From Kiritimatiellia bacterium (GTDB lineage Bacteria; Verrucomicrobiota; Kiritimatiellia; RFP12; UBA1067): a stretch of 64,000 bases of DNA. The stretch lies in contig JAGCAM010000079.1 of the NCBI GenBank assembly GCA_017652705.1, positions 11,475-75,474 of the forward strand, written 5' to 3'. The position numbers and the translations under genes were made by a program. The notes under the pieces were generated by a model. It did no database searches. It was not told where the DNA came from and worked only from the letters and a program-made list of their open reading frames with translations. Positions 55,741-64,000 of the stretch are shown one piece after another (position 1 is the first letter of the stretch; every line of letters begins with the position of its first letter).

Positions 55741-57267
55741 TCACTTGCGGGGGACGGACTGCCCGCCGGCGCAGCTGCACGGCAGAAACCGCACGCGTAC
55801 CATCTCCGCGTCCGAAAGCCGGACGTCGTCAGGCAGCGGACCGGGCTTCTCCGCCGAAACGAAAGCGTTCGGCCGCGGCTCCTGGACGGGCACGACGATC
55901 CATTCCGACCCGTCGGCCTTCCGCTCGACGCGCCCGCCTTCCGCCGCAACGACCTGGCGGACGAGTTTTTCGCTGACGGCCTTGAGTTTGTCCCAGTCGT
56001 AGTCGGTGAATTCCCACTTTCTGCCGCGGTCGAGCTTTTCCAGAAACCCGCCCCGGATGCGGCTCGCGCCGAGCGAGGCTCCGAGCACTCCGCAGGCGGA
56101 GGCCGGGTTGCAGTCCGAATCGCATCCGCACCCGGTGGCGATCCTCGCGGTTTTCTCCATGTCGCCATCGCCCCACAGGTATCCGATCAGCACGTAAGCG
56201 CCGTTCAGCCTGACGTCGATGCCGGCAAAGGAGACGAATCTGCAGTTCTGGGGCGTGAAGTATTTGCGCGTAAGCGCCTCCCACGCAGTCCGCCAGTTCG
56301 ACGGGTCGCGCCCGTACGCCGCGAGCGTGTCGCGCACCATCTCCGCGTAGCGCGACTCCGCCGGAATGTGCCTGAGCGCCGAGCGCACGACCGAGGGGCG
56401 GTCCTGCGTGAAATACGCCTCGGCGTACATCGCCCCTACGAACTGCCCCGCGTAGAGCCCGTCGCCGTAGTTCATCACCGCGCCGAACCGGTTGCCCAGC
56501 CTGACCGCGCGGTTGGGCAGCCCCGGCGATATTATGCCGCTGAAGTCGGCCTCGATCTGATAGTCTATGTCGTACGGGGTCGGATGAAAGTTCGGGTGCC
56601 CGCAGCTGGGCGCCGCAATCCCGCGGCGCAGATTGTTCCGGGCGTTGTGGTTCGCGCACCACAGCCGGTACTTAGAATTGGCGAAGGCGATGCCGGCCTC
56701 GCGCGCGTCAACGTCGACTCCGCACCTGTCGAGCACGTCGAGAAACGTCATCTCCACGTAGAGATCGTCCTGGCAGAAGGTGCCGTTGATGATCTCGGCC
56801 TTGTATTCAGGCATGAGGTCGTCAGGCACGGGCTTGCCTACGCATTTGAATTCCGTCGGCGCGCCGTAGGCGACGCCGATGGACTGCCCGAGCCACGCGC
56901 CGGACATCCTGTCGCGGAATTGATCCATGGCGAGACTTCTCTCCGGCGCAGCCCTCTTCGCCCCTGTCTTCGGAACGGCTTTCTCTTTCGGCGCGGCGCC
57001 GACCCCTTCAATCGAATTCTTCTCCGCAACTTCGCCCTTTTCCGCACTTTTGACGGCGGCCCTCTCTTCGGGCAGATCGACTATCGTGCCGGGAAGCAGT
57101 TTCCTGCCCCCTATTACATTGCCGCCTTCTATAACCTCGACCGGCACGTCGCGCTTAAGCCGGTAGCTTCTGATCTTTCGGACGTCGTTTTGCTTCTCCT
57201 GCCCGAATGCCGCAAAAATCGCCAGCGCCATCGCGCAGACGGCCGTCATCGCTACGTGTTTCTTCAT
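55741..57267 (-). CDS. secreted ADP-ribosylglycohydrolase-family protein with ~130-aa N-terminal extension
   Basis: 508 aa. Signal peptide MKKHVAMTAVCAMALAIFA and a Lys/Glu/Ala-rich linker. ARH-fold motifs SGAWLGQSIGVAYGAPTEF, ...GDGLYAGQF..., GCGCDSDCNPASACGVLGA. Confidence 0.6.
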   Translation of the reverse strand: MKKHVAMTAVCAMALAIFAAFGQEKQNDVRKIRSYRLKRDVPVEVIEGGNVIGGRKLLPGTIVDLPEERAAVKSAEKGEVAEKNSIEGVGAAPKEKAVPKTGAKRAAPERSLAMDQFRDRMSGAWLGQSIGVAYGAPTEFKCVGKPVPDDLMPEYKAEIINGTFCQDDLYVEMTFLDVLDRCGVDVDAREAGIAFANSKYRLWCANHNARNNLRRGIAAPSCGHPNFHPTPYDIDYQIEADFSGIISPGLPNRAVRLGNRFGAVMNYGDGLYAGQFVGAMYAEAYFTQDRPSVVRSALRHIPAESRYAEMVRDTLAAYGRDPSNWRTAWEALTRKYFTPQNCRFVSFAGIDVRLNGAYVLIGYLWGDGDMEKTARIATGCGCDSDCNPASACGVLGASLGASRIRGGFLEKLDRGRKWEFTDYDWDKLKAVSEKLVRQVVAAEGGRVERKADGSEWIVVPVQEPRPNAFVSAEKPGPLPDDVRLSDAEMVRVRFLPCSCAGGQSVPRK

Positions 57268-57361
57268 GCGTTCCCTTTCATTTTCGTTTTACATCTTTCT
57301 TGCTTGCGGTCGAATCCCTTTCACTGAGGCAATCGGTGCAAAGGCCATCTCGCAAATATCA

Positions 57362-57814
57362 TCACCCCCAGGCCAACCTGACATTCTCGACACCCCATGT
57401 CCACGCGCTTCCGGAAAAGCCGTGGATCCCCGTCAATGTCCCGACCGGCACACTCCTCCCGAGATTGACCCCTGCGTCAACGCATGGCGTTCCCTGCGCT
57501 AAAAAGCAATCCTGCATGAAAAGCGGATCGGAATAGATAAGAATTCCGTTTTTGTAGTATCGCTGGGCGGTCGGCGTTATTACCGCGGTGATGACATTCG
57601 TAACGCCGGGCGATACCGCAATGGCGGTGTCACAGTCAGGGTTGCCGTTGCCGGATATATCTTTCCATGTGGTTGCGGCAGAATCATGCACGCCTGCACC
57701 GGCGTCGTCGATGCCGTCGAAATGTACAACGAGACCTCCTTGTATGTAGGCGCTCGCGGGCATGCCGTCTGCCGTCATCAACATAATCGCAAGTACAACC
57801 GGAAAATATTTCAT
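57362..57814 (-). CDS. small secreted hypothetical protein (beta-rich, LamG/jellyroll-like)
   Basis: 150 aa, signal peptide MKYFPVVLAIMLMTADG. No catalytic motifs recognised. Confidence 0.4.
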   Translation of the reverse strand: MKYFPVVLAIMLMTADGMPASAYIQGGLVVHFDGIDDAGAGVHDSAATTWKDISGNGNPDCDTAIAVSPGVTNVITAVITPTAQRYYKNGILIYSDPLFMQDCFLAQGTPCVDAGVNLGRSVPVGTLTGIHGFSGSAWTWGVENVRLAWG

Positions 57815-57944
57815 CCCGACAACTCCTTATTTTGCGCGCGCCGCTCAACTCCGCAAGCGACGCACCGATTGATTGTGCAACAATACTACCAAATTCAACG
57901 TTTCCGCGCAAGGGCGTTGAACAGCCTTGGGGCGCGCGGCGGGG

Positions 57945-57974
57945 TTGACGGGAAACGGCTGAATTTGATATACT
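57945..57974 (+). promoter_or_regulatory. promoter of tRNA-Tyr: TTGACG, 18-nt spacer, TGaTATACT
   Basis: Plus-strand ggggTTGACGggaaacggctgaattTGaTATACTacgcgc. The -10 ends 20 nt before the tRNA 5' end. Confidence 0.5.
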
Positions 57975-57994
57975 ACGCGCTGTTTACGACACAT

Positions 57995-58080
57995 GGTGGG
58001 ATACTCAAGTGGTCAACGAGGGCAGACTGTAAATCTGCTGGCTTGCGCCTTCCAAGGTTCGAATCCTTGCCCCACCACCA
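57995..58080 (+). tRNA. tRNA-Tyr (anticodon GTA), type II with long variable arm, CCA encoded
   Basis: GGTGGGATACTCAAGTGGTCAACGAGGGCAGACTGTAAATCTGCTGGCTTGCGCCTTCCAAGGTTCGAATCCTTGCCCCACCACCA. Anticodon stem GCAGA/TCTGC with loop CTGTAAA. Architecture closely parallels E. coli tRNA-Tyr. Confidence 0.85.
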
Positions 58081-58117
58081 TCCATGAAAAGACAATTCCC
58101 CGCAAGGAACCGGTCAT

Positions 58118-58552
58118 GGACATGCTCCCAGTCGGGGCGCATCCCGGCGACATGGAATATTCGCTGGGCGGCACCCTTTTAAATACAAAAACTTGAGCAC
58201 AAGATATTCATCGCCCTGACCACGAGCGGCAACACCGGCTCGAACGTGCTGACCGACGTCAAGTTGATCGGCGAAACCCGAGAAAGGGAAATGCTGGAAG
58301 CGGCGAAGACCTACGACGCCGAAGTGCGCTTTCTGCGGAACGACGACGAGCGCCTGCTCGACACCAACGAAACCCGCACTCAGGTTCTATACGGCATGCG
58401 CCGGGCGAACACCGACGTGACTTTCACCCACGCGCCGAACGACGAAAGCCCCGACCACTGGATGACCTCCCGCAGTACGGCTGCATGTACGCGGAATGTT
58501 TCACCGCGTACAGAATGGCCGGCTACATGCCGGATTTCAGACTGCTGCCCTG
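58118..58552 (+). pseudogene. PIG-L/LmbE-family deacetylase pseudogene (at least two frame disruptions)
   Basis: MDMLPVGAHPGDMEYSLGGTLL (AHPDDE-like zinc motif) then a stop. Family sequence resumes in another frame (IFIALTTSGNTG...ESPDHW), then a second frameshift (..LPQYGCMYAECFTAYRMAGYMPDFRLLP*). Total ~145 aa versus ~230-290 expected. Confidence 0.55.
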
Positions 58553-58557
58553 AGCCT

Positions 58558-59799
58558 TCAGCCGAGCCTGTCCACCGTCATAACGGGCAGATTCTTTCCG
58601 GAAGGCTCTTTCATCGGCTTCATGCCGGAGGGGTCGAATGCGTAGCCGTTCGAGCCGAGCGGCCAGACGGCCGGGGCGGTGTTGAGCACGGTTGCGCGAA
58701 AGCCCTGCATCGTCGCGCCGAGATTGCCGGTGTGGGAGCTGTTACAACCCTCGTTCTCGATCACGAACGGATTGCTGTATCCTTTCACCATGAGCGTCTC
58801 GAGGAACTTCGTCCAGTCGCAGGAATCGCTGCCGCCGAAACCGGGCAGGCGCGGCTCGTAATTGAGACGGTCCCACTCGTTGGCGGGCAGCGGCACACCG
58901 GCCTTCTTCGCGAGGACGGGGTCGACGCTCTGCATGGGGAACAGGCGTCCCCAGTGTACGGCTTCGGTTTCTCCGGGGAAGTTCCTCGTGCCCTTGATGT
59001 GGACGCGGCGCAGCTTTTTGAAATCCATCGCCTCGATAACCGCCGAAGGGTCGATGTGCTGCCAGATGTCGTGCGACGGATCGTACGTCTCTTGCAGCGC
59101 TGAGTCGTCGTCAAGCACGGCGTACATCAGTTTGCGCGCAGCGAGACACCCCGGCAGGTTGCAGTAGCAGTCGGTCGAAGACAGCGGCCGCCACCCCTCC
59201 ATCGGGCAGTTTTCGACGCAGAGCGTGACTCCGAGGTCCTTGGCGTATTTGAGAATCGGGGTGAAGACCTTTTTGAACTTCATGAGGTTCTTCTCGAAGC
59301 CGTTCTCCTCGTTGGAGAGGGCGACGTCGTACCCGACGAACGTTCCGCAGACGACGTCGTTCGCGTCGCCGCCGAGCAGCGCGGCGATGCGGACGAGTTT
59401 GAGGATGTGGTTCTGGTTGACGATCTGGAGTTCGGGTTTGCCGCCGATAAGGTTGTCGTAGGCGCCGACCGACATGCGCACGCCTTCGCGGTTGCAGATG
59501 TCGATCACCCGTCTGGCGTCGTCGATCGAGAAATTCTCGTAGTCGAGATGCGTGGCGACGTGATCCTGGCGGTCGGTGTCGCGGCGGAACACGCAGAGCT
59601 CGAGGCCCTGGGCTCCGACGCTTTTGGCGCGGGCGACGACGGTTTCGAAATTGCGGTCGGCGGCGAGCGCGCTCGACATCAGCCAGATCTGGTTGTTGCG
59701 CGGTTTCGGCTTCGCCTGCCGGGCTAACGCCGAACCGGGGGTGAACGCACCCGCCGCGGCTAGCGCGGCGGCGCTTTTGAAGAAGTCCCTCCTGTTCAT
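58558..59799 (-). CDS. TAT-exported sugar phosphate isomerase/epimerase-like (xylose isomerase-like TIM barrel) protein
   Basis: Start chosen at MNRRDFFKSAAALAAAGAFTPG (twin-arginine signal). TIM-barrel family motifs. Confidence 0.7.
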   Translation of the reverse strand: MNRRDFFKSAAALAAAGAFTPGSALARQAKPKPRNNQIWLMSSALAADRNFETVVARAKSVGAQGLELCVFRRDTDRQDHVATHLDYENFSIDDARRVIDICNREGVRMSVGAYDNLIGGKPELQIVNQNHILKLVRIAALLGGDANDVVCGTFVGYDVALSNEENGFEKNLMKFKKVFTPILKYAKDLGVTLCVENCPMEGWRPLSSTDCYCNLPGCLAARKLMYAVLDDDSALQETYDPSHDIWQHIDPSAVIEAMDFKKLRRVHIKGTRNFPGETEAVHWGRLFPMQSVDPVLAKKAGVPLPANEWDRLNYEPRLPGFGGSDSCDWTKFLETLMVKGYSNPFVIENEGCNSSHTGNLGATMQGFRATVLNTAPAVWPLGSNGYAFDPSGMKPMKEPSGKNLPVMTVDRLG

Positions 59800-59813
59800 G
59801 ACCGGCCCTTCCG

Positions 59814-61373
59814 TCAGACCACGATCTTCCAGTTGTCGCGGTAGCACGGGCGCTTCAGCCAGTCCGGATCGCCGGTGCCGTTGGCGAAGGTCATGTTCGG
59901 CCCGTCCCAGTCGAAACCGGTGTCGTAGATGTAGCTCAAGTTGCAGAGCTGGCAGAGAATCGCGCCGCGGGCGCCTATTTCAGCTGTGGAGACGGTGGGC
60001 TTGCGCGTTTCGATGCACTCGCAGAAATTGGCCACCTGGTTGGTACTCTTGTAGAGCTGCACCGGGGCGCCGGCGAGATTGAACTTCTCGATCAGGGTCT
60101 GCACCGCTCTGCCGAGGCGGTCGTCTTTCTTGACCATCGAATCGGTGCCGTAATCTTTGCCGACGGATGCGGCGACGATCTTGTCCTTCATGAACTCGCA
60201 CGTCTCGATCTGCTTGCGGATCTCGAGGTCGGGCTTGACGAGGCCGGTGCCCTTCCAGACGGCGACCTTGCCGCGGTTGACGGCGACGATGCCGTCGGTT
60301 CCGTAGAAGACCGTTCCCCACACGCCGAAAGGCCCGTGGTAGAGCTCGATGTCGCCGCTCTTGCCCTTGAAAAGCATCTTCATGCCGTACTGGCGGCGGC
60401 CGCCGTGGTAGAGGTCGGTCGAGTAGGGCTCGTCGGAGCGGATGATCTTGTATGGGCCGGACTTGTCCATGTCCATGCCCCACTGGGCGATGTCGAGGTG
60501 GTGAGCGCCCCAGTCGCCGCAGTAGCCTGTGCCGATGTCGTCGTCGAAGCGCCAGAACATCGGGTAGAACTTGTTCACGCCCTTCGGCGCGAGAAGGTTG
60601 GAGTAGGGACGCCATTTGGCGGGGCCGAGCCAGCGGTTCCAGCCCCATTCGCCGAGTTCGGCGTAGCCATCGCTCTCGGCCGCGGCGTTCCGGGGGTCGT
60701 CGAAGAACCTGAGGGGATGCGACGGGCCGCCGAGTTTCTTGCCGCCGATGCCGTAGTTGGCGTCGACGTACTTAAGCTCGCCGATGCCGCCGTTGCGGAC
60801 GATCATGCACGCGGCGCGGAATTCGCTGACCTTGGCCCAGCTGCGCTGCATCGAGCCGGTCTGGAACACCCGGCCGTACTTCTTCTGGGCCGCGATCACC
60901 TGTTTCGCCTCCTCGGGCGAGAAGGTGAGGGGCTTTTCGCAGTACACGTCTTTGCCGTGCTTCATCGCCTCGACGCACATGTAGGCGTGCCAGTGGTCGG
61001 GGGTGGCGATGCACACCGCGTCGATCGACGGGTCTTTGATGATTTCGAGGAAGTCCAGCACGACGCGGCAGCCTGAGTCGCCGTAGAGCCGGTTGACTAT
61101 TTCAGCCGCCGCCTTGGCGCGGGTCCCGTCGCAGTCGCAGACGGCTGCGATTTTCACCGTGTCGCGCAGGTGTTTGGTGAGTTCCGAATCGCCGGCGAAC
61201 TGCGGGATGAGCGCACTGCGCATCTGGATGCCGCAGCCGATCATGCCGATCTGGCGTTTTTCGCCGGGCTTGAGCGGATGCAGGCCGATTTTGCCGTCCG
61301 CGCGGCCGGCGAGGGCCGCCGCCGCGGCGGATCCGAAGATGAAGTTTCTGCGGTCGAGTTTCATGTTGTGCAT
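59814..61373 (-). CDS. TAT-exported Gfo/Idh/MocA oxidoreductase (glycoside 3-dehydrogenase-like / GH109-like)
   Basis: 519 aa. MKLDRRNFIFGSAAAAALAG twin-arginine signal. Rossmann IGMIGCGIQ and EKP (VYCEKPLT). Confidence 0.75.
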   Translation of the reverse strand: MHNMKLDRRNFIFGSAAAAALAGRADGKIGLHPLKPGEKRQIGMIGCGIQMRSALIPQFAGDSELTKHLRDTVKIAAVCDCDGTRAKAAAEIVNRLYGDSGCRVVLDFLEIIKDPSIDAVCIATPDHWHAYMCVEAMKHGKDVYCEKPLTFSPEEAKQVIAAQKKYGRVFQTGSMQRSWAKVSEFRAACMIVRNGGIGELKYVDANYGIGGKKLGGPSHPLRFFDDPRNAAAESDGYAELGEWGWNRWLGPAKWRPYSNLLAPKGVNKFYPMFWRFDDDIGTGYCGDWGAHHLDIAQWGMDMDKSGPYKIIRSDEPYSTDLYHGGRRQYGMKMLFKGKSGDIELYHGPFGVWGTVFYGTDGIVAVNRGKVAVWKGTGLVKPDLEIRKQIETCEFMKDKIVAASVGKDYGTDSMVKKDDRLGRAVQTLIEKFNLAGAPVQLYKSTNQVANFCECIETRKPTVSTAEIGARGAILCQLCNLSYIYDTGFDWDGPNMTFANGTGDPDWLKRPCYRDNWKIVV

Positions 61374-61432
61374 TTCCTTTTCAGTGTTTTCAATCGTGTT
61401 GTTTCATCCGTTGACGGTTGAGCCGCCGGCGG

Positions 61433-62482
61433 TCAGATCGCCGGACGGAGAATCATGTTTTTGAAGTCGGCGTCGGAGTGGTCGCCCTGCAGGTAGATGG
61501 GGCCTTTCGCGTCGACATCGGCGTCGATGGCGCCGCCGGTCACGCCGGTGACCTCGGCGTTTTCGATGATGGTGACGCCGTTGAGGACGACGGTCAGACG
61601 GCGCTTGTAGATCGTGACGCTCACGTGCTGCCATTCGCCGGGCGCCTTTTCGGCGGCGGTGATCGGCGTGACGCGGCCGTAGTAGGCGGCCATGTTGTGG
61701 CGGTTGACCGGCTTCTTGTAGCTGTCGATCACCTGGCACTCGAAACGCCCGCGCAGATAAACGCCGGAGTTCGACCCCTCTGGCACGCGCACGTCGTATT
61801 CAAGGTTGAAGTCGCCGAAGTCGTCGCGCCTGGTGACGAGATTCACCCCGCCGCCCTTCCACTTGCCGTCGGGCTTGCGGCCGAGCGCGTTGGAGAGGAC
61901 GCCGTCCTTGAACTTCCAGCCGAAGACGCCGCCCTTGCTCATCGCCTTCCAGCCGTCGAGACCGTCCTTGAGCAGATCGACGGGTTCTCCGAACTTCGCG
62001 TTCTTCACGTTGGCGAGCTGGCAGACCGGTGCGATGCGCCAGCCGGAGAACGGCTTGTAATCGCCGTTCGCCTTGCCGTCCTTGTCGCAGGGGGCGATCT
62101 CGCCCTCGAGTTTGCAGCCTTTGACCTTGCCGCGCATCAACACGCCGTACGGGTGGCGGAACGAGAAGGAGTCCCCCTCGACCTTCACGTCAAGGCACCA
62201 CTCCGGAGAGCCCCAGCGGTAGAGGACGAAAGCTTTCGGCTCGCCTTCTTCGGTACGGGAGAAAATGAGGCTCGAAGCGTACATCGAATCGTACGGCAGC
62301 TTCGCGCCCCAGTTGCCTATCACGGGGTCGATCGACGTCTGGTCGCAGATTTTCGGCGCGCACGGCGTGCAGGGCCGGCCGGGCCGGCAGCAGGTCTCTC
62401 CGGCGGTCTGGCATTCGGCGAAGGCCGCCGCGGCGGACACAGCCGCGACTGATGCGAGGATGGCGGATTTTTTCATTTTCAT
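61433..62482 (-). CDS. secreted DUF1080 (3-keto-disaccharide hydrolase-like) protein with Cys-rich N-terminal region
   Basis: 349 aa, signal peptide. N-terminal CQTAGETCCRPGRPCTPCAPKIC. DUF1080 core GWKAMSKGG...NSGVYLRG...WQHVSVTIYKRRLTVVLNG. Confidence 0.7.
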   Translation of the reverse strand: MKMKKSAILASVAAVSAAAAFAECQTAGETCCRPGRPCTPCAPKICDQTSIDPVIGNWGAKLPYDSMYASSLIFSRTEEGEPKAFVLYRWGSPEWCLDVKVEGDSFSFRHPYGVLMRGKVKGCKLEGEIAPCDKDGKANGDYKPFSGWRIAPVCQLANVKNAKFGEPVDLLKDGLDGWKAMSKGGVFGWKFKDGVLSNALGRKPDGKWKGGGVNLVTRRDDFGDFNLEYDVRVPEGSNSGVYLRGRFECQVIDSYKKPVNRHNMAAYYGRVTPITAAEKAPGEWQHVSVTIYKRRLTVVLNGVTIIENAEVTGVTGGAIDADVDAKGPIYLQGDHSDADFKNMILRPAI

Positions 62483-63837
62483 TTGCTCCTTAGATATGCG
62501 CTGTATGCGCGGTAGGTTTCATAACAGTCGTTTTTGGAAACGATTTCCCACGGGGCGTGCATGTTCCACATGGGCGTGCCCATGTCGAGAACCTTCATGC
62601 CGAATCTAGCCATGTACTGCGAGATGGTTCCGCCGCCGCCCTTCTCCATCTTGCCGAGTTCGGCCATCTGCCACGCGACGCCTTCTTCGGCCATGATGCG
62701 CCTGATTTCGGCGATGAATTCGGGCGAGCAGTCGCTGGCACCGCCCTTGGTGGCGCCGCCGGTGTACTTCGAAGCCGCCACCCCCTTGTGGAGACGCGCC
62801 TCGTTGCCGGTCGAATCGACGTCTGGAAAGTGCGGATCGGCCGCAGCCGTGACGTCTGCCGAAAGCATCGTCGATTTTTCGAGCGCGCGGCGCACCGCGA
62901 TGTCTTTCGCGCCGCGCTCCTGAAGCTCGATCATCTCGGCGACGGTGTTCTCGAAGAATGAACTCTGCATCCCGGTCGACCCCATCGACCCGATCTCCTC
63001 CTTGTCGCACATCAGAATCGAGGCGGTGACGGACGGCGTTTCGCCGGCGGCGTCGAGAAGCGCCCGGAGCCCGGCGAAGGAGCATACCCGGTCGTCGTGG
63101 CCGTAACCGGTTATGAGCGCACGGTCGAGGCCGACGTATCGCGGCATTCCGGCCGGCACCATTTCGAGCTCGGCGCTTAGCAGGTCTTCATCGTCGATCT
63201 TGTAAGTCTTCTTCAGGTACGCGACGAGCTTCGAGCGCGGCGATCCGCGGTCGTCCGGTTTCGCGTCGGCGTCGCCGGTCGTCCAGCAGACGGGGTCGAG
63301 ATCCTCCGCCGGGAAAAACTCGTCGCGCTTTTTCGCGGCCTGGTCTTTGCCGAGATGGGGCAGAATGTCGGATATGACGAAAACCGGATCGTCAGCCCCG
63401 TCGCCGACCGCCACCTGCACTTTGGAACCGTCTTTGCGCACGACCGTGCCGTAGAGGGCGAGCGGCAGCGTGAGCCACTGGTATTTCTTGATGCCGCCGT
63501 AGACGTGGCAGTCGAAGTAGACGCAACCGCCCTTCTGATAGAGCGGTTTGGGCTTAAGGTCGAGCCGGGGGGCGTCGGTGTGGCCGCCGACGACTTTGAG
63601 GCCGGCTTCGGAGATGCGACGGCGGCCGATGACGGCAGCCATGACCGTGCGGTCTTCGCAGCCGCGGAACACTTTATCCCCCGCTTTGAGGGATCTGAAG
63701 GAGGAAATCTCCCTGAAACCCTTCGCCTTCAACTGGCGCACGCTTTCGGCGTAACTTCTGCGCTCGGTCTTGGCGATGCCGAGATAGCGAATATATTCGT
63801 CGCAGTATTTGTCTGGCGACATGTACTTCTTTTTCAT
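62479..63837 (-). CDS. M18-family (aspartyl) aminopeptidase
   Basis: 452 aa. GGHTDAPRL, ...GYGHDDRVCS..., ...DMGTPMWNMH motifs typical of M18/M42 aminopeptidases. Stop overlaps the DUF1080 ATG (ATGA). Confidence 0.75.
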   Translation of the reverse strand: MKKKYMSPDKYCDEYIRYLGIAKTERRSYAESVRQLKAKGFREISSFRSLKAGDKVFRGCEDRTVMAAVIGRRRISEAGLKVVGGHTDAPRLDLKPKPLYQKGGCVYFDCHVYGGIKKYQWLTLPLALYGTVVRKDGSKVQVAVGDGADDPVFVISDILPHLGKDQAAKKRDEFFPAEDLDPVCWTTGDADAKPDDRGSPRSKLVAYLKKTYKIDDEDLLSAELEMVPAGMPRYVGLDRALITGYGHDDRVCSFAGLRALLDAAGETPSVTASILMCDKEEIGSMGSTGMQSSFFENTVAEMIELQERGAKDIAVRRALEKSTMLSADVTAAADPHFPDVDSTGNEARLHKGVAASKYTGGATKGGASDCSPEFIAEIRRIMAEEGVAWQMAELGKMEKGGGGTISQYMARFGMKVLDMGTPMWNMHAPWEIVSKNDCYETYRAYSAYLRSK

Positions 63838-63844
63838 GAGGTAA

Positions 63845-63853
63845 AGTATATCA
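63845..63853 (-). promoter_or_regulatory. extended -10 element TGaTATACT, 7 nt upstream of the M18 peptidase ATG (leaderless-type)
   Basis: Minus-strand ttTGaTATACTttacctcATG. Confidence 0.4.
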
Positions 63854-64000
63854 AATTAGCGCTCCGCTGTACACCCGGGCGGCGCTTTCCGGAAATTCCA
63901 AATCACCTTACCGTCACTGCCGCCAAGGGCTATTGCCGCGGCAAAAGGCGTGGCGCGACACCGGTGGACAAGGTTTTGAAATCTCCGTTCCATTCAACGA

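Noticed and set aside
57815-58560. Possibility that tRNA-Tyr marks the edge of an integrated genomic island.
   Set aside because: I found no integrase, no direct repeat of the tRNA 3' end and no mobile-element genes. Gene content on both sides is the same CAZyme and oxidoreductase type, and GC content looks uniform.
58246-59103. 285-aa plus-strand ORF in the track extending from the PIG-L fragment across the TIM-barrel gene.
   Set aside because: Only the first ~100 codons correspond to PIG-L-like sequence. The remainder is antisense to the 58558..59847 gene and is low-complexity.
1-64000. CRISPR arrays, IS elements, integrases and phage genes.
   Set aside because: I saw no regularly spaced direct repeats, no transposase or integrase-like translations, and no terminal inverted repeats flanking any gene.

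Overview
This 64-kb window is GC-rich (roughly two-thirds G+C by eye) and almost all of its coding sequence lies on the minus strand. Confident CDS calls number 41, all minus-strand and usually joined by short gaps or 4-nt ATGA/GTGA stop/start overlaps, so I read them as long operons. The only plus-strand elements I support are a tRNA-Tyr, its promoter, and a frameshifted PIG-L/LmbE deacetylase pseudogene. Plus-strand ORFs in the supplied track that overlap the minus-strand genes look like GC-rich antisense artefacts.

Housekeeping content:
- proS, rubrerythrin, a GT2/epimerase/nucleotide-sugar dehydrogenase operon, and dnaB.
- A zinc-ribbon protein, clpC and metallophosphoesterase operon.
- tsaE, 2-hydroxyacid dehydrogenase, an acyl-CoA ligase, coaX and nadC.
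- tRNA-Arg(CCT) and tRNA-Tyr(GTA).

These genes sit among an unusually dense glycan-utilisation neighbourhood:
- four DUF4838-like (CxCxxC, GH20-like) domains;
- a 1749-aa GH127-DUF4838-GH2 triple fusion;
- a Gfo/Idh/MocA-DUF4838-CBM9 fusion;
- a GH3;
- two tandem 1400-1700-aa CBM9/GH42-like paralogues;
- stand-alone GH2 N- and C-terminal remnants;
- two complete periplasmic 3-keto-glycoside modules (TAT-exported Gfo/Idh/MocA dehydrogenase, TAT-exported xylose-isomerase-like TIM barrel, DUF1080 hydrolase);
- a secreted ADP-ribosylglycohydrolase-fold protein.

The gene content (rubrerythrin, lipoprotein flavodoxin, TAT-exported Gfo/Idh/MocA, DUF1080, DUF4838, CBM9) suggests an anaerobic glycan-degrading bacterium, plausibly from the PVC-like (Lentisphaerota/Kiritimatiellota/Verrucomicrobiota) radiation. 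That attribution is inference from gene content only.

Other notable items are an orphan, divergent V-type ATPase subunit-B homologue with no partner subunits, and a recurrent extended -10 element (TGnTATAAT) placed 6-9 nt upstream of start codons, which implies leaderless transcription of several operons. All family assignments come from reading motifs in the translations, not from database searches.
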